Source of the DNA: an uncultured delta proteobacterium
GTDB taxonomy: Bacteria; Desulfobacterota; Desulfobacteria; Desulfobacterales; JAHEIW01
DNA length: 64,000 nucleotides
Assembly: GCA_963706575.1 (NCBI GenBank)
Contig: CAVPNL010000015.1
Coordinates: 352,001-416,000 of the forward strand
Reading direction: 5' to 3'
This document shows, piece after piece, positions 40,689 through 49,595 of the stretch. A program made the position numbers and the translations under genes. The notes beneath the pieces were generated by a model. The model saw nothing but the letters and a program-made list of their open reading frames with translations, did no database searches and had not been told where the DNA came from. Numbering within the stretch: position 1 is the stretch's first letter; each line of letters begins with the position of its first letter.

Positions 40689-40854
40689 TCGGCAGCGCCG
40701 GCGCTGCCGATTTTTCGGTTTTATTTTAAAAATTTAGTTTCCTCGAATCCGCCTCTGATCGAAAACCCACCTGATTGCTTTAATTTTCAAAATAATCCCT
40801 TGCCCCTGAATTTCACCGATGCTAAATTCACATTAACTTGAAGCCGCAAATAAT

Positions 40855-40947
40855 TCGTGGCTGGAAGCCACGCCCACGCCTTCAATAATCAGCGCATTTA
40901 TCATACGCTTTTGAGAAACAACTTGTGGGAGCGGCATCTTGCCGCGA
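40855..40947. repeat. GTGG-type REP doublet
   Basis: Minus-strand GTGGGCGTGGCTTCCAGCCACGA (40855-40877) and plus-strand GTGGGAGCGGCATCTTGCCGCGA (40925-40947). Confidence 0.65.
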
Positions 40948-40984
40948 TATCGGCGGATTGAAGCGACTTATCAAAGGAGAGTGT

Positions 40985-42106
40985 ATGGCTTACAGCCTAA
41001 TGGAAGGCAACGAAGCAATCGCCCGGGGGGCGATTGCAGCAGGGTGCCGTTTTTTTGCCGGTTATCCCATTACGCCGGCAACCACGATTTACCAGAGCAT
41101 GCTCAACCTGCTGCCGCCCCTTGGCGGTATTTGCCTTCAGGGCGAGGATGAGATTGCCTCCATTGGATTTTGCCTGGGCGCATCCATGGCCGGCTTGAAA
41201 GTGATGACCGCTACCTCAGGGCCGGGGATCAGCCTGTACAGTGAAAACATTTCCTTTGCGATCGGCAGCGAAATTCCGATCGTGATCATTGACGTGCAAC
41301 GACTGGGACCTTCTACGGGTTCGGCCACCCGGGGAGCCGATGGGGATATCAACTTTTTGCGCTGGGGCAGCAGCGGGGGCCTTCCGGTTATTGTTCTGGC
41401 TCCGGTAGATGTAGAAGACTGCTTTGTGTTGACCATGCATGCCTTTAATCTGGCCGAGGAATTTCGCTGTCCGGTATTTGTGGCTTCCAACAAAGAAATC
41501 GGTATGACCCGGGAAAGCATTGATCTTCAAGGGTTGGACACCCCCGGCATCGTCGAGCGCAGCACCGCGCCGCCGAATCAACCGCTGTTGCCTTTTCATG
41601 TGGACAAAGGGCAACAGGTCCCGGACTTTCTTCCCATCGGCGACAAGGTTCTGGTTCGCCAGACTTCCTCGACGCACGGCGCCGACGGATATATAACCAC
41701 CGACACCGCTGCCATCGCCCGCAACCAGAAGCGCTTAAAGAAAAAACTGCTGTCGGCTATCGACCGGTTTTCTTTTCATGAAGCCTACCAAATCAAAAAT
41801 GCCGATACCCTCCTGATTGCCTATGGGGTTTCCGCTCGGGCCGCTAAAGCGGTATTCCAGGAGCAAAAGCGCCGGGGCAAACCCATATCTCTGCTGGTCT
41901 TAAAAACGTTGTGGCCGGTGCCGGAAAATGTGATCCGGCAGGCTGCCCGTAACGCCAGGCGCATTGTGGTCGTGGAGATGAACCTGGGGCAATACGTCGG
42001 GGAAATAAAACGTATTCTACCGCGGAATCCGATCGTCTTTTGCGGACAAATGGACGGCCGGCTGATCACGCCCGCCCGGATCAAGGAGGCCATCAACAAT
42101 GAATAG
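40985..42106 (+). CDS. 2-oxoacid:ferredoxin oxidoreductase alpha subunit
   Basis: GNEAIA, YPITPA, EDEIAS, ATSGPG, QRLGPSTG and VEMNLGQ motifs. AAGGAG RBS. Confidence 0.93.
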   Translation: MAYSLMEGNEAIARGAIAAGCRFFAGYPITPATTIYQSMLNLLPPLGGICLQGEDEIASIGFCLGASMAGLKVMTATSGPGISLYSENISFAIGSEIPIVIIDVQRLGPSTGSATRGADGDINFLRWGSSGGLPVIVLAPVDVEDCFVLTMHAFNLAEEFRCPVFVASNKEIGMTRESIDLQGLDTPGIVERSTAPPNQPLLPFHVDKGQQVPDFLPIGDKVLVRQTSSTHGADGYITTDTAAIARNQKRLKKKLLSAIDRFSFHEAYQIKNADTLLIAYGVSARAAKAVFQEQKRRGKPISLLVLKTLWPVPENVIRQAARNARRIVVVEMNLGQYVGEIKRILPRNPIVFCGQMDGRLITPARIKEAINNE

Positions 42107-43403
42107 CCTTTTAAATGCCGATAGGCCGCCGCTTCTCTGTCCGGGCTGCGCCCATGAACGTATCACCCATACCCTGGATCAAGCGTTTCAGAAAATGGGC
42201 CTGGCCCGCCATCAGATCGTGATCGTCAGCGATATTGGCTGCTCCGGCTTATTTGATACCTTCTTTCACACCCACGCCATGCACGGCTTGCATGGCCGCG
42301 CCCTGACTTATGCGGCCGGGCTGAAAATGGCACGACCGGAGCTCAACGTGGTCGTCAGCATGGGCGATGGCGGGCAAGGCATCGGCGGGGCTCACCTGCT
42401 GGCCGCCTGTCGCCGCAATCTAAACCTGACGTTGCTGATCTTAAACAATTTTAATTTTGGTATGACCGGCGGCCAGTTTTCAGCCACCACGCCGCCGGAA
42501 GCCCGGCTGGGTTCGGGATTCTTAACGGCGTTGGAGCGCCCCCTGGATATCTGTGAAGTCGCCCGTTCCGCCGGTGCACCCTACGTCCACCGATGCTCCG
42601 GCTACGACAAGAATCTATCCCAAAAAATTCAGGGTGCCATCGAATATGAGGGGTTTGCGGTGATGGACATCTGGGGAATCTGTCCGGGTCGTTACACCAA
42701 AAAAAATCGTCTCACCCCTAAAATGATCGCTGAAGCCCTGGCCAAGCAGCCGCCGCTGGAAGGTATTATTTCTGAAAATGTTCGTCCCGAATACGGGCAA
42801 CATTATCGCCGCCTGGCAGCCGATCAGAAAGAGGTCCCCGCGCCCGCCGTTATCCAGAAACAATACAAAGCACCTCAGACCGGTCATCAAGAGGTCGTTT
42901 TGCTCGGCAGCGCCGGCCAGCGGATTATCACCGCCGGCGAGCTCCTGTGTATTGCCGGACTGACGGCCGGATTGAAGACCACACAGAAAAATGAATACAA
43001 CATCACCGTACTCAGAGGCCCTTCGATTAGCGAGCTGATTTTATCACCCGAGGAAATTGACTTTACTGGAATTGAAAACCCGACGGTGATGGTGGCTCTG
43101 GATCAGGAAGGGGTGGATCGGCGCCGGGACCTGTTTGAGCGTCTGGCAGAAGATGCGCTCATCATCCAGATCAGGGGCGTAAGCCTGCCGGCCAGCAAGG
43201 CTTGCATCCATCAGATTGATTTCAAAAGCCAGGGAATCAAACGCATGGACTGGGCTCTGGCCTCGCTGGTGGTGCTGGCCAAACTAAAAAATGTCATCCA
43301 TCTGAAAATGTTGGAAGCCGCTTTAAAGGCCAAATTTAAGGGCAAAACGCTGGACACCGCCCTGCAGCTCGTCAAACAGGTTAAAATTGGAGAAGCGGCA
43401 TAA
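42099..43403 (+). CDS. 2-oxoacid:ferredoxin oxidoreductase beta subunit fused to a gamma-like domain
   Basis: CPGC, DIGCS, HGRA, GDG..NN..GMTGGQ, CP, followed by GSAGQRIITAG..RGPS.SE. Confidence 0.88.
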   Translation: MNSLLNADRPPLLCPGCAHERITHTLDQAFQKMGLARHQIVIVSDIGCSGLFDTFFHTHAMHGLHGRALTYAAGLKMARPELNVVVSMGDGGQGIGGAHLLAACRRNLNLTLLILNNFNFGMTGGQFSATTPPEARLGSGFLTALERPLDICEVARSAGAPYVHRCSGYDKNLSQKIQGAIEYEGFAVMDIWGICPGRYTKKNRLTPKMIAEALAKQPPLEGIISENVRPEYGQHYRRLAADQKEVPAPAVIQKQYKAPQTGHQEVVLLGSAGQRIITAGELLCIAGLTAGLKTTQKNEYNITVLRGPSISELILSPEEIDFTGIENPTVMVALDQEGVDRRRDLFERLAEDALIIQIRGVSLPASKACIHQIDFKSQGIKRMDWALASLVVLAKLKNVIHLKMLEAALKAKFKGKTLDTALQLVKQVKIGEAA

Positions 43404-43526
43404 GGTTCGACGGTTGGGGCCGTTTTCCCGTTAAACGCCTTGTCTCGTTAAGATAGGAAAAATGTCTGATTTTATTTTTAACAAGACACCGCGCAAACGG
43501 GCCAACAGAACAAGGCGCTCAACCGG

Positions 43527-44663
43527 TCAACCGTCCTTTAAGACCTTTACCACATCAAAATCCCCATCCTCCCAAATAAACCGCTTGGATGCCTCGGGTT
43601 GACAGCGATCAAAAGCAAGCAAAACTGTCTTTTCAAGCCATTTTAAAAAGCGTGAGGCCGCCCGGGATGATAAGATACACTTTAACCAGATTAACGCGCC
43701 GCCAAAACGCGTAATTCGCTGTCGGTCATCAAAGGCCGGCAGCCCGGCTTTTTTGGCCGCACGCCAGTAATAGGCATAGGTGGTAATAATGAGAAGGATC
43801 GCAGCCCCCCGGGCTCTTGAAATTAGAGGCGCCGGAATGGCATCAAAAAATCGGGGGAATTCACGGAACCGACGAATGGCTCGCAGGATCAGCTGGGAGC
43901 GGACTTCCCGGATACACTGCTCACGCCGGGCGCCTTCCAGACCAGGTAGCTGAGGATGGTAAAAAATTCCGCGCTCATAATCTTTCTCCAGATCCCGCGT
44001 AATGTTGGCCAGCTGAATCACCTCGCCCACTGTGGCGCATAAGCGCAGCCGGGCATCATCAATTTCCGGTGAAAGCTTCTGATCCAGCCGTTGCATTTCT
44101 TCTGCAAACAAAATCGGCGTGCCGAGCACATGCCAGCAGTAGCGCGAAAGCTGCCCCGGAGTCTCTAAGACGCCTTCCTGTTGGGCAAAAATCCGGCTGG
44201 ACCAGATCATGCCTGTGCCCATGCGCTGGACAAGCCGTCGAATGGCATCCTGCTGGGGGCGGTCTAAGCGTTTGAAGTTACGATCAATATCCGGCGCCCG
44301 GTTCACCAACAGCAGATGCGTGCTTTCCCTTGGATCGGCGTTCAGGGCAGGGTCAAGCGCAGGCGCCGGTTTCAAACTGTCCGGGTTGTCAAACCGATCG
44401 ATAAAGCGCTGCAGGGCCCGTTCTTTTTCATGAACCGTGGGCAAAAGATCTTCATAGGTGTCCAGCATCCGGCAGTAAAGATAGGCCAGCGCCAGCGCGC
44501 GCCGCATGCGTGGCGGAAGAAATACAATGACAAGGGAAAAGGTGCGCGCCGCATGGGGCAAAATCTGCCAGAAAAAATGTTCGGGATCTTTGATCTGCCT
44601 CAGCCTTGACAGCGGGGGCTTTCTGCGGTTTGCCAACAAGTTAACAAAAATGGGACCCAGCAC
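43527..44663 (-). CDS. Squalene/phytoene synthase family protein (squalene-synthase-like)
   Basis: ARTF flap, YLYCRMLDTYED, MGTGM, YCWHV.G and QLANITRD...D motifs. Confidence 0.85.
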   Translation of the reverse strand: MLGPIFVNLLANRRKPPLSRLRQIKDPEHFFWQILPHAARTFSLVIVFLPPRMRRALALAYLYCRMLDTYEDLLPTVHEKERALQRFIDRFDNPDSLKPAPALDPALNADPRESTHLLLVNRAPDIDRNFKRLDRPQQDAIRRLVQRMGTGMIWSSRIFAQQEGVLETPGQLSRYCWHVLGTPILFAEEMQRLDQKLSPEIDDARLRLCATVGEVIQLANITRDLEKDYERGIFYHPQLPGLEGARREQCIREVRSQLILRAIRRFREFPRFFDAIPAPLISRARGAAILLIITTYAYYWRAAKKAGLPAFDDRQRITRFGGALIWLKCILSSRAASRFLKWLEKTVLLAFDRCQPEASKRFIWEDGDFDVVKVLKDG

Positions 44664-44788
44664 TGCGACCTCTCCGGTTGGTTAAATTGATCAGAGGATA
44701 ATTTTCATCACAAAAGTGCGGAAAATAAAGCTGAAAAATATTTCGTGTTTTTTAATTTTCGTGATCTCGCGGTTTTATCAAAGCCGTG

Positions 44789-44829
44789 CAAAAATAAAAG
44801 ACCCAACCATCACAGTCAGTCGGGCCTTT
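44789..44829 (-). terminator. Probable intrinsic terminator after the biotin carrier gene
   Basis: Minus strand GGCCCGACT..GGTTGGGTC followed by TTTTATTTTT. Confidence 0.5.
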
Positions 44830-44889
44830 GATCGGGTCTCGCTTGTGCGCTTATACGCTTGTACGCTTTTACTGTGGCTGAAAGGTGTC

Positions 44890-45105
44890 TTATTCGAGGA
44901 CCATCAGCACTTGATCGGTGGATACCTTATCGTCAACTTTAACCTTGATTTCTTTTACTATACCGGCTTCAGGAGTCGGGATGGCATTTTCCATTTTCAT
45001 GGCTTCAAGAATGACCACCTCTTGATACTCTAATACTTCATCACCCTCCTTCACAAGTATATTAATAATCGTACCCGGCATCGGCGCAATAATTTCAGTT
45101 GCCAT
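44890..45105 (-). CDS. Biotin carboxyl carrier protein (71 aa)
   Basis: APMPG and LEAMKMEN biotinylation motif. GGAGGAAGG RBS. Divergent from gcdA. Confidence 0.93.
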   Translation of the reverse strand: MATEIIAPMPGTIINILVKEGDEVLEYQEVVILEAMKMENAIPTPEAGIVKEIKVKVDDKVSTDQVLMVLE

Positions 45106-45181
45106 TCCTTCCTCCCTTCAAAAATTTTAGCTTTATTCAATTAAACTTTCAATTAAGGTGTTCCAAATTAACAAAAAAATA

Positions 45182-45279
45182 GTCTCACGCAAAGCCGCTA
45201 AAGCCGAAAAGAAATGTCGTAATAATTGCTGTTTTATTTTTTCTTGGTATCTTGGCGTCTTTGCGTCTTTGCGAGAGGT
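45182..45279. repeat. Inverted repeat element (CGCAAAG units)
   Basis: TCTCACGCAAAGCCGCTAAAGCCGAAAAG ... CTTGGCGTCTTTGCGTCTTTGCGAGAG. Confidence 0.75.
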
Positions 45280-45297
45280 TATAATTCGATGTCTATT

Positions 45298-45351
45298 TCA
45301 GTTGTTTGTTAACCTCCCCAAAGAGCTGGGGATGTATTTCAGCCAACCCCG
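45298..45351 (-). promoter_or_regulatory. Candidate Na+ riboswitch aptamer (DUF1646 / Na+-I type)
   Basis: Minus strand GGGGUUGGCUGAAAUACAUCCCCAGCUCUUUGGGGAGGUUAACAAACAACUG. P1 GGUUG/CAACU and P2 UCCCCAG/UUGGGGA. Directly downstream of TTGACA-N17-TATCAA. Confidence 0.55.
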
Positions 45352-45352
45352 T

Positions 45353-45381
45353 TTGATACTCAAAGGCGCAAGGAATGTCAA
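45353..45381 (-). promoter_or_regulatory. sigma70-type promoter for the biotin carrier leader
   Basis: TTGACA (45381-45376), 17-bp spacer, TATCAA (45358-45353). Confidence 0.55.
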
Positions 45382-45478
45382 GTTCAAATAGTGTGCTTCT
45401 ATCCTTGACGTGCATGCATCGTTCGTATATGGAACAGATGACAAAAATTTGGAACTACTACAGCGTTGGAGGAGGAAT

Positions 45479-47212
45479 ATGAAACCTTATTTTGAAAAAA
45501 TGAAAGAATTTGGACAAGAACTTAAACCCGGACAGATTAAAAGCACCGAGGCCAGTGTGAAGCAGATTCAGGAAGTCGAAGCTCAGGTGGCCGAAGCCAT
45601 AGAAAAGGTCAAGAACGCCGGAATGCCGGCCGAAAAGATCAACGCCCGGGGACAATTGACCGTGTGGCAGCGTCTGGAGTACCTGGTGGACCCCGGTACC
45701 TGGAATCCGCTGCATACCCTGTACAACCCCGAAGACAATAGCGAAGGCACCACAAATGTGATTGACGGTCTGGCCAAAATCTCGGGCAAATGGGCTGTTG
45801 TCATCGGCTTTGACAACAAGGTTTATGCCGGGGCCTGGATACCCGGACAATCTGAAAACGTATTGCGTTGCACCGACCTGGCCAAACGCTTGAATATCCC
45901 GCTGGTCTGGCTGGTTAACTGCAGTGGCGTCAAATTAACCGAACAGGAAAAATTTTACGCTGATCGCCGTGGCTCCGGCACCACATTTTTCCGGCATGCC
46001 GAGCTCAATCAGGCCGGTGTACCCATTCTGGCGGGCATTTACGGCACCAACCCGGCCGGCGGCGGATACCAGGGTATCAGCCCCACCATCCTGTTTGCCC
46101 ACAAAGACTGTAACATCGCCGTGGGCGGCGGCGGCATTTTAAGCGGCATGTCACCCAAAGGATACTTTGATCTGGAAGGTGCCGAACAGCTGATTTCGGC
46201 CGCCAAGCAATTCAAGGTTGAGCCGCCCGGATCCACCAAAATCCATTACGATGAGACCGGATTTTTCCGGTATGTGTTTGAAAAAGAGGAAGAGGTTTTA
46301 GACGGCATCAAAGATTATATGAAAGACATGCCGGCCTATAATCCGAAATTTTTCCGTGTAGCGGAACCGAAAGAACCGCGGTTTTCCCAGGAAGATCTCT
46401 ATCATCTGGTACCCTTCAACCAGAAGGCCATGTATAATTTTGACGAGATTCTGGCCCGTCTGGTCGACGGCAGCGAACATATGGAATACCGGCCGGATTA
46501 CGGCCCCGAGGTTTACACCGGGCTGGTTAAAGTTGACGGGTACCTCATGGGCGTAATCGGCAACCGCCAGGGATTTTTTGGAGAGGATTATCCCGAATAT
46601 GCCGACTATGCCGGAATCGGCGGCAAGCTCTACCGTCAGGGCTTAATCAAAATGAACGAGTTTGTCACCCAATGCGGTCGGGACCGGGTGCCCATCATCT
46701 GGTTTCAGGATACCAGCGGCATCGATGTCGGCGACATCGCCGAAAAAGCCGAACTGCTGGGACTTGGGCAGGCGCTGATTTATTCCATCCAGCAAACCGA
46801 TGTCCCCATGATGCTGGTCCTGCTAAGAAAGGGAACCGCAGCCGCCCATTATATCATGGGGGGGCCCACGGCCAACCGCCATAATGCATTTACCCTGGGT
46901 ACACCCACCACCGAAATATACGTGATGCACGGTGAAACCGCGGCGGCAGCCAGTTTTTCCCGCCGCCTGGTCAAAGAAAAAGAGGCCGGCAGACCGCTGG
47001 AGCCGATCATCGAAGAAATGAACAAATTGGTCAAGGAGTATTACGACTACTCCAGGCCGACCTATTGCGCCCAGCATGGTCTGGTGGACGAAGTCGCCAA
47101 AATGACCGGCATTCGGCAATACCTGGAAGCCTTTGCCGGGGCGGCGTATCAAAACCCCAAATCCATCTGCCCGCAGCACCAGATGATGCTACCCAGGATC
47201 ATCAAGGGGTAA
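45479..47212 (+). CDS. gcdA: Glutaconyl-CoA decarboxylase alpha (carboxyltransferase) subunit
   Basis: MKPYFEKM start, LNIPLVWLVNCSGV, GTNPAGGGY, GGKLYRQGL, RKGTAAAHY, MHGETAA and PKSICP.HQM.LPR motifs. Confidence 0.88.
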   Translation: MKPYFEKMKEFGQELKPGQIKSTEASVKQIQEVEAQVAEAIEKVKNAGMPAEKINARGQLTVWQRLEYLVDPGTWNPLHTLYNPEDNSEGTTNVIDGLAKISGKWAVVIGFDNKVYAGAWIPGQSENVLRCTDLAKRLNIPLVWLVNCSGVKLTEQEKFYADRRGSGTTFFRHAELNQAGVPILAGIYGTNPAGGGYQGISPTILFAHKDCNIAVGGGGILSGMSPKGYFDLEGAEQLISAAKQFKVEPPGSTKIHYDETGFFRYVFEKEEEVLDGIKDYMKDMPAYNPKFFRVAEPKEPRFSQEDLYHLVPFNQKAMYNFDEILARLVDGSEHMEYRPDYGPEVYTGLVKVDGYLMGVIGNRQGFFGEDYPEYADYAGIGGKLYRQGLIKMNEFVTQCGRDRVPIIWFQDTSGIDVGDIAEKAELLGLGQALIYSIQQTDVPMMLVLLRKGTAAAHYIMGGPTANRHNAFTLGTPTTEIYVMHGETAAAASFSRRLVKEKEAGRPLEPIIEEMNKLVKEYYDYSRPTYCAQHGLVDEVAKMTGIRQYLEAFAGAAYQNPKSICPQHQMMLPRIIKG

Positions 47213-47227
47213 GAAGCTGTATTAAAT

Positions 47228-47312
47228 CGGTTGTGCCCGTTGAGCCCGTTTAAAGCCATCAGATAGATTCCCTTTTTTAACCGGCAAACGGGCTAACGGG
47301 CACAACCGGTTG
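47228..47312. repeat. Inverted repeat element (GCCCGTT / AACGGGC units)
   Basis: CGGTTGTGCCCGTTGAGCCCGTTT ... AAACGGGCTAACGGGCACAACCGG. Related copy at 51835-51945. Confidence 0.75.
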
Positions 47313-47434
47313 AAACAGCTTCCACATGATCTCAGACTTACAGATAGCTGAATTTTTCCACCCCCGTAGGGCCTTCAAATATCCCCATTTAATTTTGTAT
47401 ATTCTTAATTCAACTTTCTTGATATGATTTTTAT

Positions 47435-48343
47435 ATGAAATCGATCTTACGGCGAGCATTCAATACCATTTCAATCCTGCTGATGGCGTGCACCATCGTT
47501 ATGGCATCATCCGGGTCGGCTGCGGCCGTCAGCCTATCATCAGCGAATGTCGCCAATGGGCAGGTGACTGTTCTCGAAATTAATTTGCACGATCTGGATC
47601 CGGCCGCAACCGATCTGAAAGCCATTTTCGGGCAAAACACGATTGCCCTTTTCCAGCACCCGGTTAAGCCCACCGGGATCTATTGCGGGCTGGTCGGAAT
47701 TCCGATAAGCACCACACCACAAAAAGCGGTCATCGAACTGCAATGGACGGATTCCCGCGGTCGTCATAAAGCAAGGGTTGCTGTTCGCATCGTTGCAGGA
47801 AACTACAAAAAAGAAGCCTTGCGTGTGGCACCGCGGCATGTAAAGCCGAGCCCGAAAAATCTGCGGCGTATCAAAAATGAAAAAAAAGAGATCCGCCGCA
47901 TCTATGCCAGCAGCAGCAACACCCGCCTATGGTATGGCAGTTTTAACAAGCCACTTGCCAGCGATATCACCAGCGCTTTTGGAACTCAGCGGTTGTTTAA
48001 CGGCCAGCTTCAAAGCTACCACCGGGGCACTGATTTGCGTGCCAAGACGGGCACACCGGTCTACGCATCCAATTTCGGGATCGTCAGACTGGCTAAAAAC
48101 CTATTTTATTCAGGCAATATTGTCATTGTGGATCATGGCAAGGGCATCTTCACCAATTATGCCCATTTAAGTAAAATTCAGGTGGTTGCCGGCCAGCATG
48201 TTACCCGAGGCGATCAAATCGGGTTGAGTGGTGCCACCGGGCGGGTCAGTGGTCCACATCTGCACTGGGGAGTGAAAATTAATGGGACTTATGTAGATCC
48301 GCTGCAGTTTCTCGCTGTTATTTCCGACCTGTTGGAACCGTAA
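47435..48343 (+). CDS. M23 family metallopeptidase
   Basis: Signal peptide. HRGTD, YAHL and GPHLH Zn-binding motifs. Confidence 0.92.
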   Translation: MKSILRRAFNTISILLMACTIVMASSGSAAAVSLSSANVANGQVTVLEINLHDLDPAATDLKAIFGQNTIALFQHPVKPTGIYCGLVGIPISTTPQKAVIELQWTDSRGRHKARVAVRIVAGNYKKEALRVAPRHVKPSPKNLRRIKNEKKEIRRIYASSSNTRLWYGSFNKPLASDITSAFGTQRLFNGQLQSYHRGTDLRAKTGTPVYASNFGIVRLAKNLFYSGNIVIVDHGKGIFTNYAHLSKIQVVAGQHVTRGDQIGLSGATGRVSGPHLHWGVKINGTYVDPLQFLAVISDLLEP

Positions 48344-48478
48344 TCAAAATACATCCAACGATTAGAAAATTTCTTCGCTTCTTCATCCAGCAACGATTGC
48401 CTATTTTTCCAGGATGCACCGGCAAAAAGAGCAATTTTTTCTTTGTGCCAACATCCATTACCCGGTCATTTTCATCGT

Positions 48479-48536
48479 TAACTATTTGATTTTATATCAA
48501 TATACTGCTGAAACTAATTTTGGAACAGATATTGCT
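48479..48536 (+). promoter_or_regulatory. IHF site plus sigma54 promoter
   Basis: TAACTATTTGATT (48479-48491; reverse complement fits WATCAANNNNTTR) and TTGGAACAGATATTGCT (48520-48536; GG-N10-GC). Confidence 0.7.
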
Positions 48537-48596
48537 AATTATTTTAGGATTCAAAGACCCCCTGACGGCTGATAAGCCCTAATACGGTATTTAAAA

Positions 48597-49367
48597 ATGG
48601 TTTCCATAACGAATTACCCCAACAGCAAAACCCTGGTGAGCCTTAGCGGCATCCCCAAAAATTTACCGAATCGGGTCCTGGAGGCCAGAAACAGCCGGTT
48701 TCAAAAAATTCTTTCCGCATTTGAAGCCCGCAATTCTAAAAATTCTTATAAAACCAGCGGGTTAACGATTGCCGACTACCGCGCCCGAGCGATCATTCCA
48801 AAATCACGTTACCGGCGGCAGCCTCAACCGGCCGATACACAATTGAAAAATACCATTTCGAATCGATTTCCGGCTCAAGCTGCGTTAGGGACCCCGTCGC
48901 GTCCTGACCATAAGATTAAAGATAAGGGTCCCTTTGAACCACTGCTGAAAAAAACCGGACCGCAACCCGTCGCCTTAACCGACCAGCAAATTATCGAACA
49001 AACGGTTCAAAAAGCAGCCGCAAAATACAATTTGCCGCCGGAGCTGATCACGGCTGTTATCCGGGCTGAATCAAACTTTACGGTTAGCGCCGTTTCTTCG
49101 GCCGGCGCCCAGGGTTTGATGCAGCTCATGCCGGCAACCGCTAAAGAGCTGGGAGTCAAAAATCCCTTTGATATCGAGCAAAATATCGACGGCGGCACGA
49201 AATATTTACGGAAGATGCTGGATCGTTTCGGGGGCAGTGTCCGCAAAGCCCTGGCAGCCTATAATGCCGGCCCGGGAACCGTAATGAAATATAACGGCCG
49301 GGTCCCCTATCCGGAAACCCGGCAGTATGTCAAGCGCGTGTTGCGATTTTCCAGGCAGATGACCTGA
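48597..49367 (+). CDS. Lytic transglycosylase (SLT domain)
   Basis: AVIRAESNF, GAQGLMQLMPATA, AAYNAGPG and ETRQYV motifs. Confidence 0.92.
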   Translation: MVSITNYPNSKTLVSLSGIPKNLPNRVLEARNSRFQKILSAFEARNSKNSYKTSGLTIADYRARAIIPKSRYRRQPQPADTQLKNTISNRFPAQAALGTPSRPDHKIKDKGPFEPLLKKTGPQPVALTDQQIIEQTVQKAAAKYNLPPELITAVIRAESNFTVSAVSSAGAQGLMQLMPATAKELGVKNPFDIEQNIDGGTKYLRKMLDRFGGSVRKALAAYNAGPGTVMKYNGRVPYPETRQYVKRVLRFSRQMT

Positions 49368-49595
49368 TTAAAGCCAGCCTTCAAAGATTTTACCCTGCCG
49401 ATTTTCTTCCGAATCTTCATCCCAACAATGATATGAATTTTATCCGCTTTCGAATATAATCAGCTACAAGCACCATATTAATTCAAAATAAAATAATACC
49501 CCAAGTTTTTTTGTTGACAGGCGTCCGCCATTCGATTATACCCCACGCTTTAATTTCCAGCAGCCCTGATCGCTGGGATCAATGAGGAAAGGACA

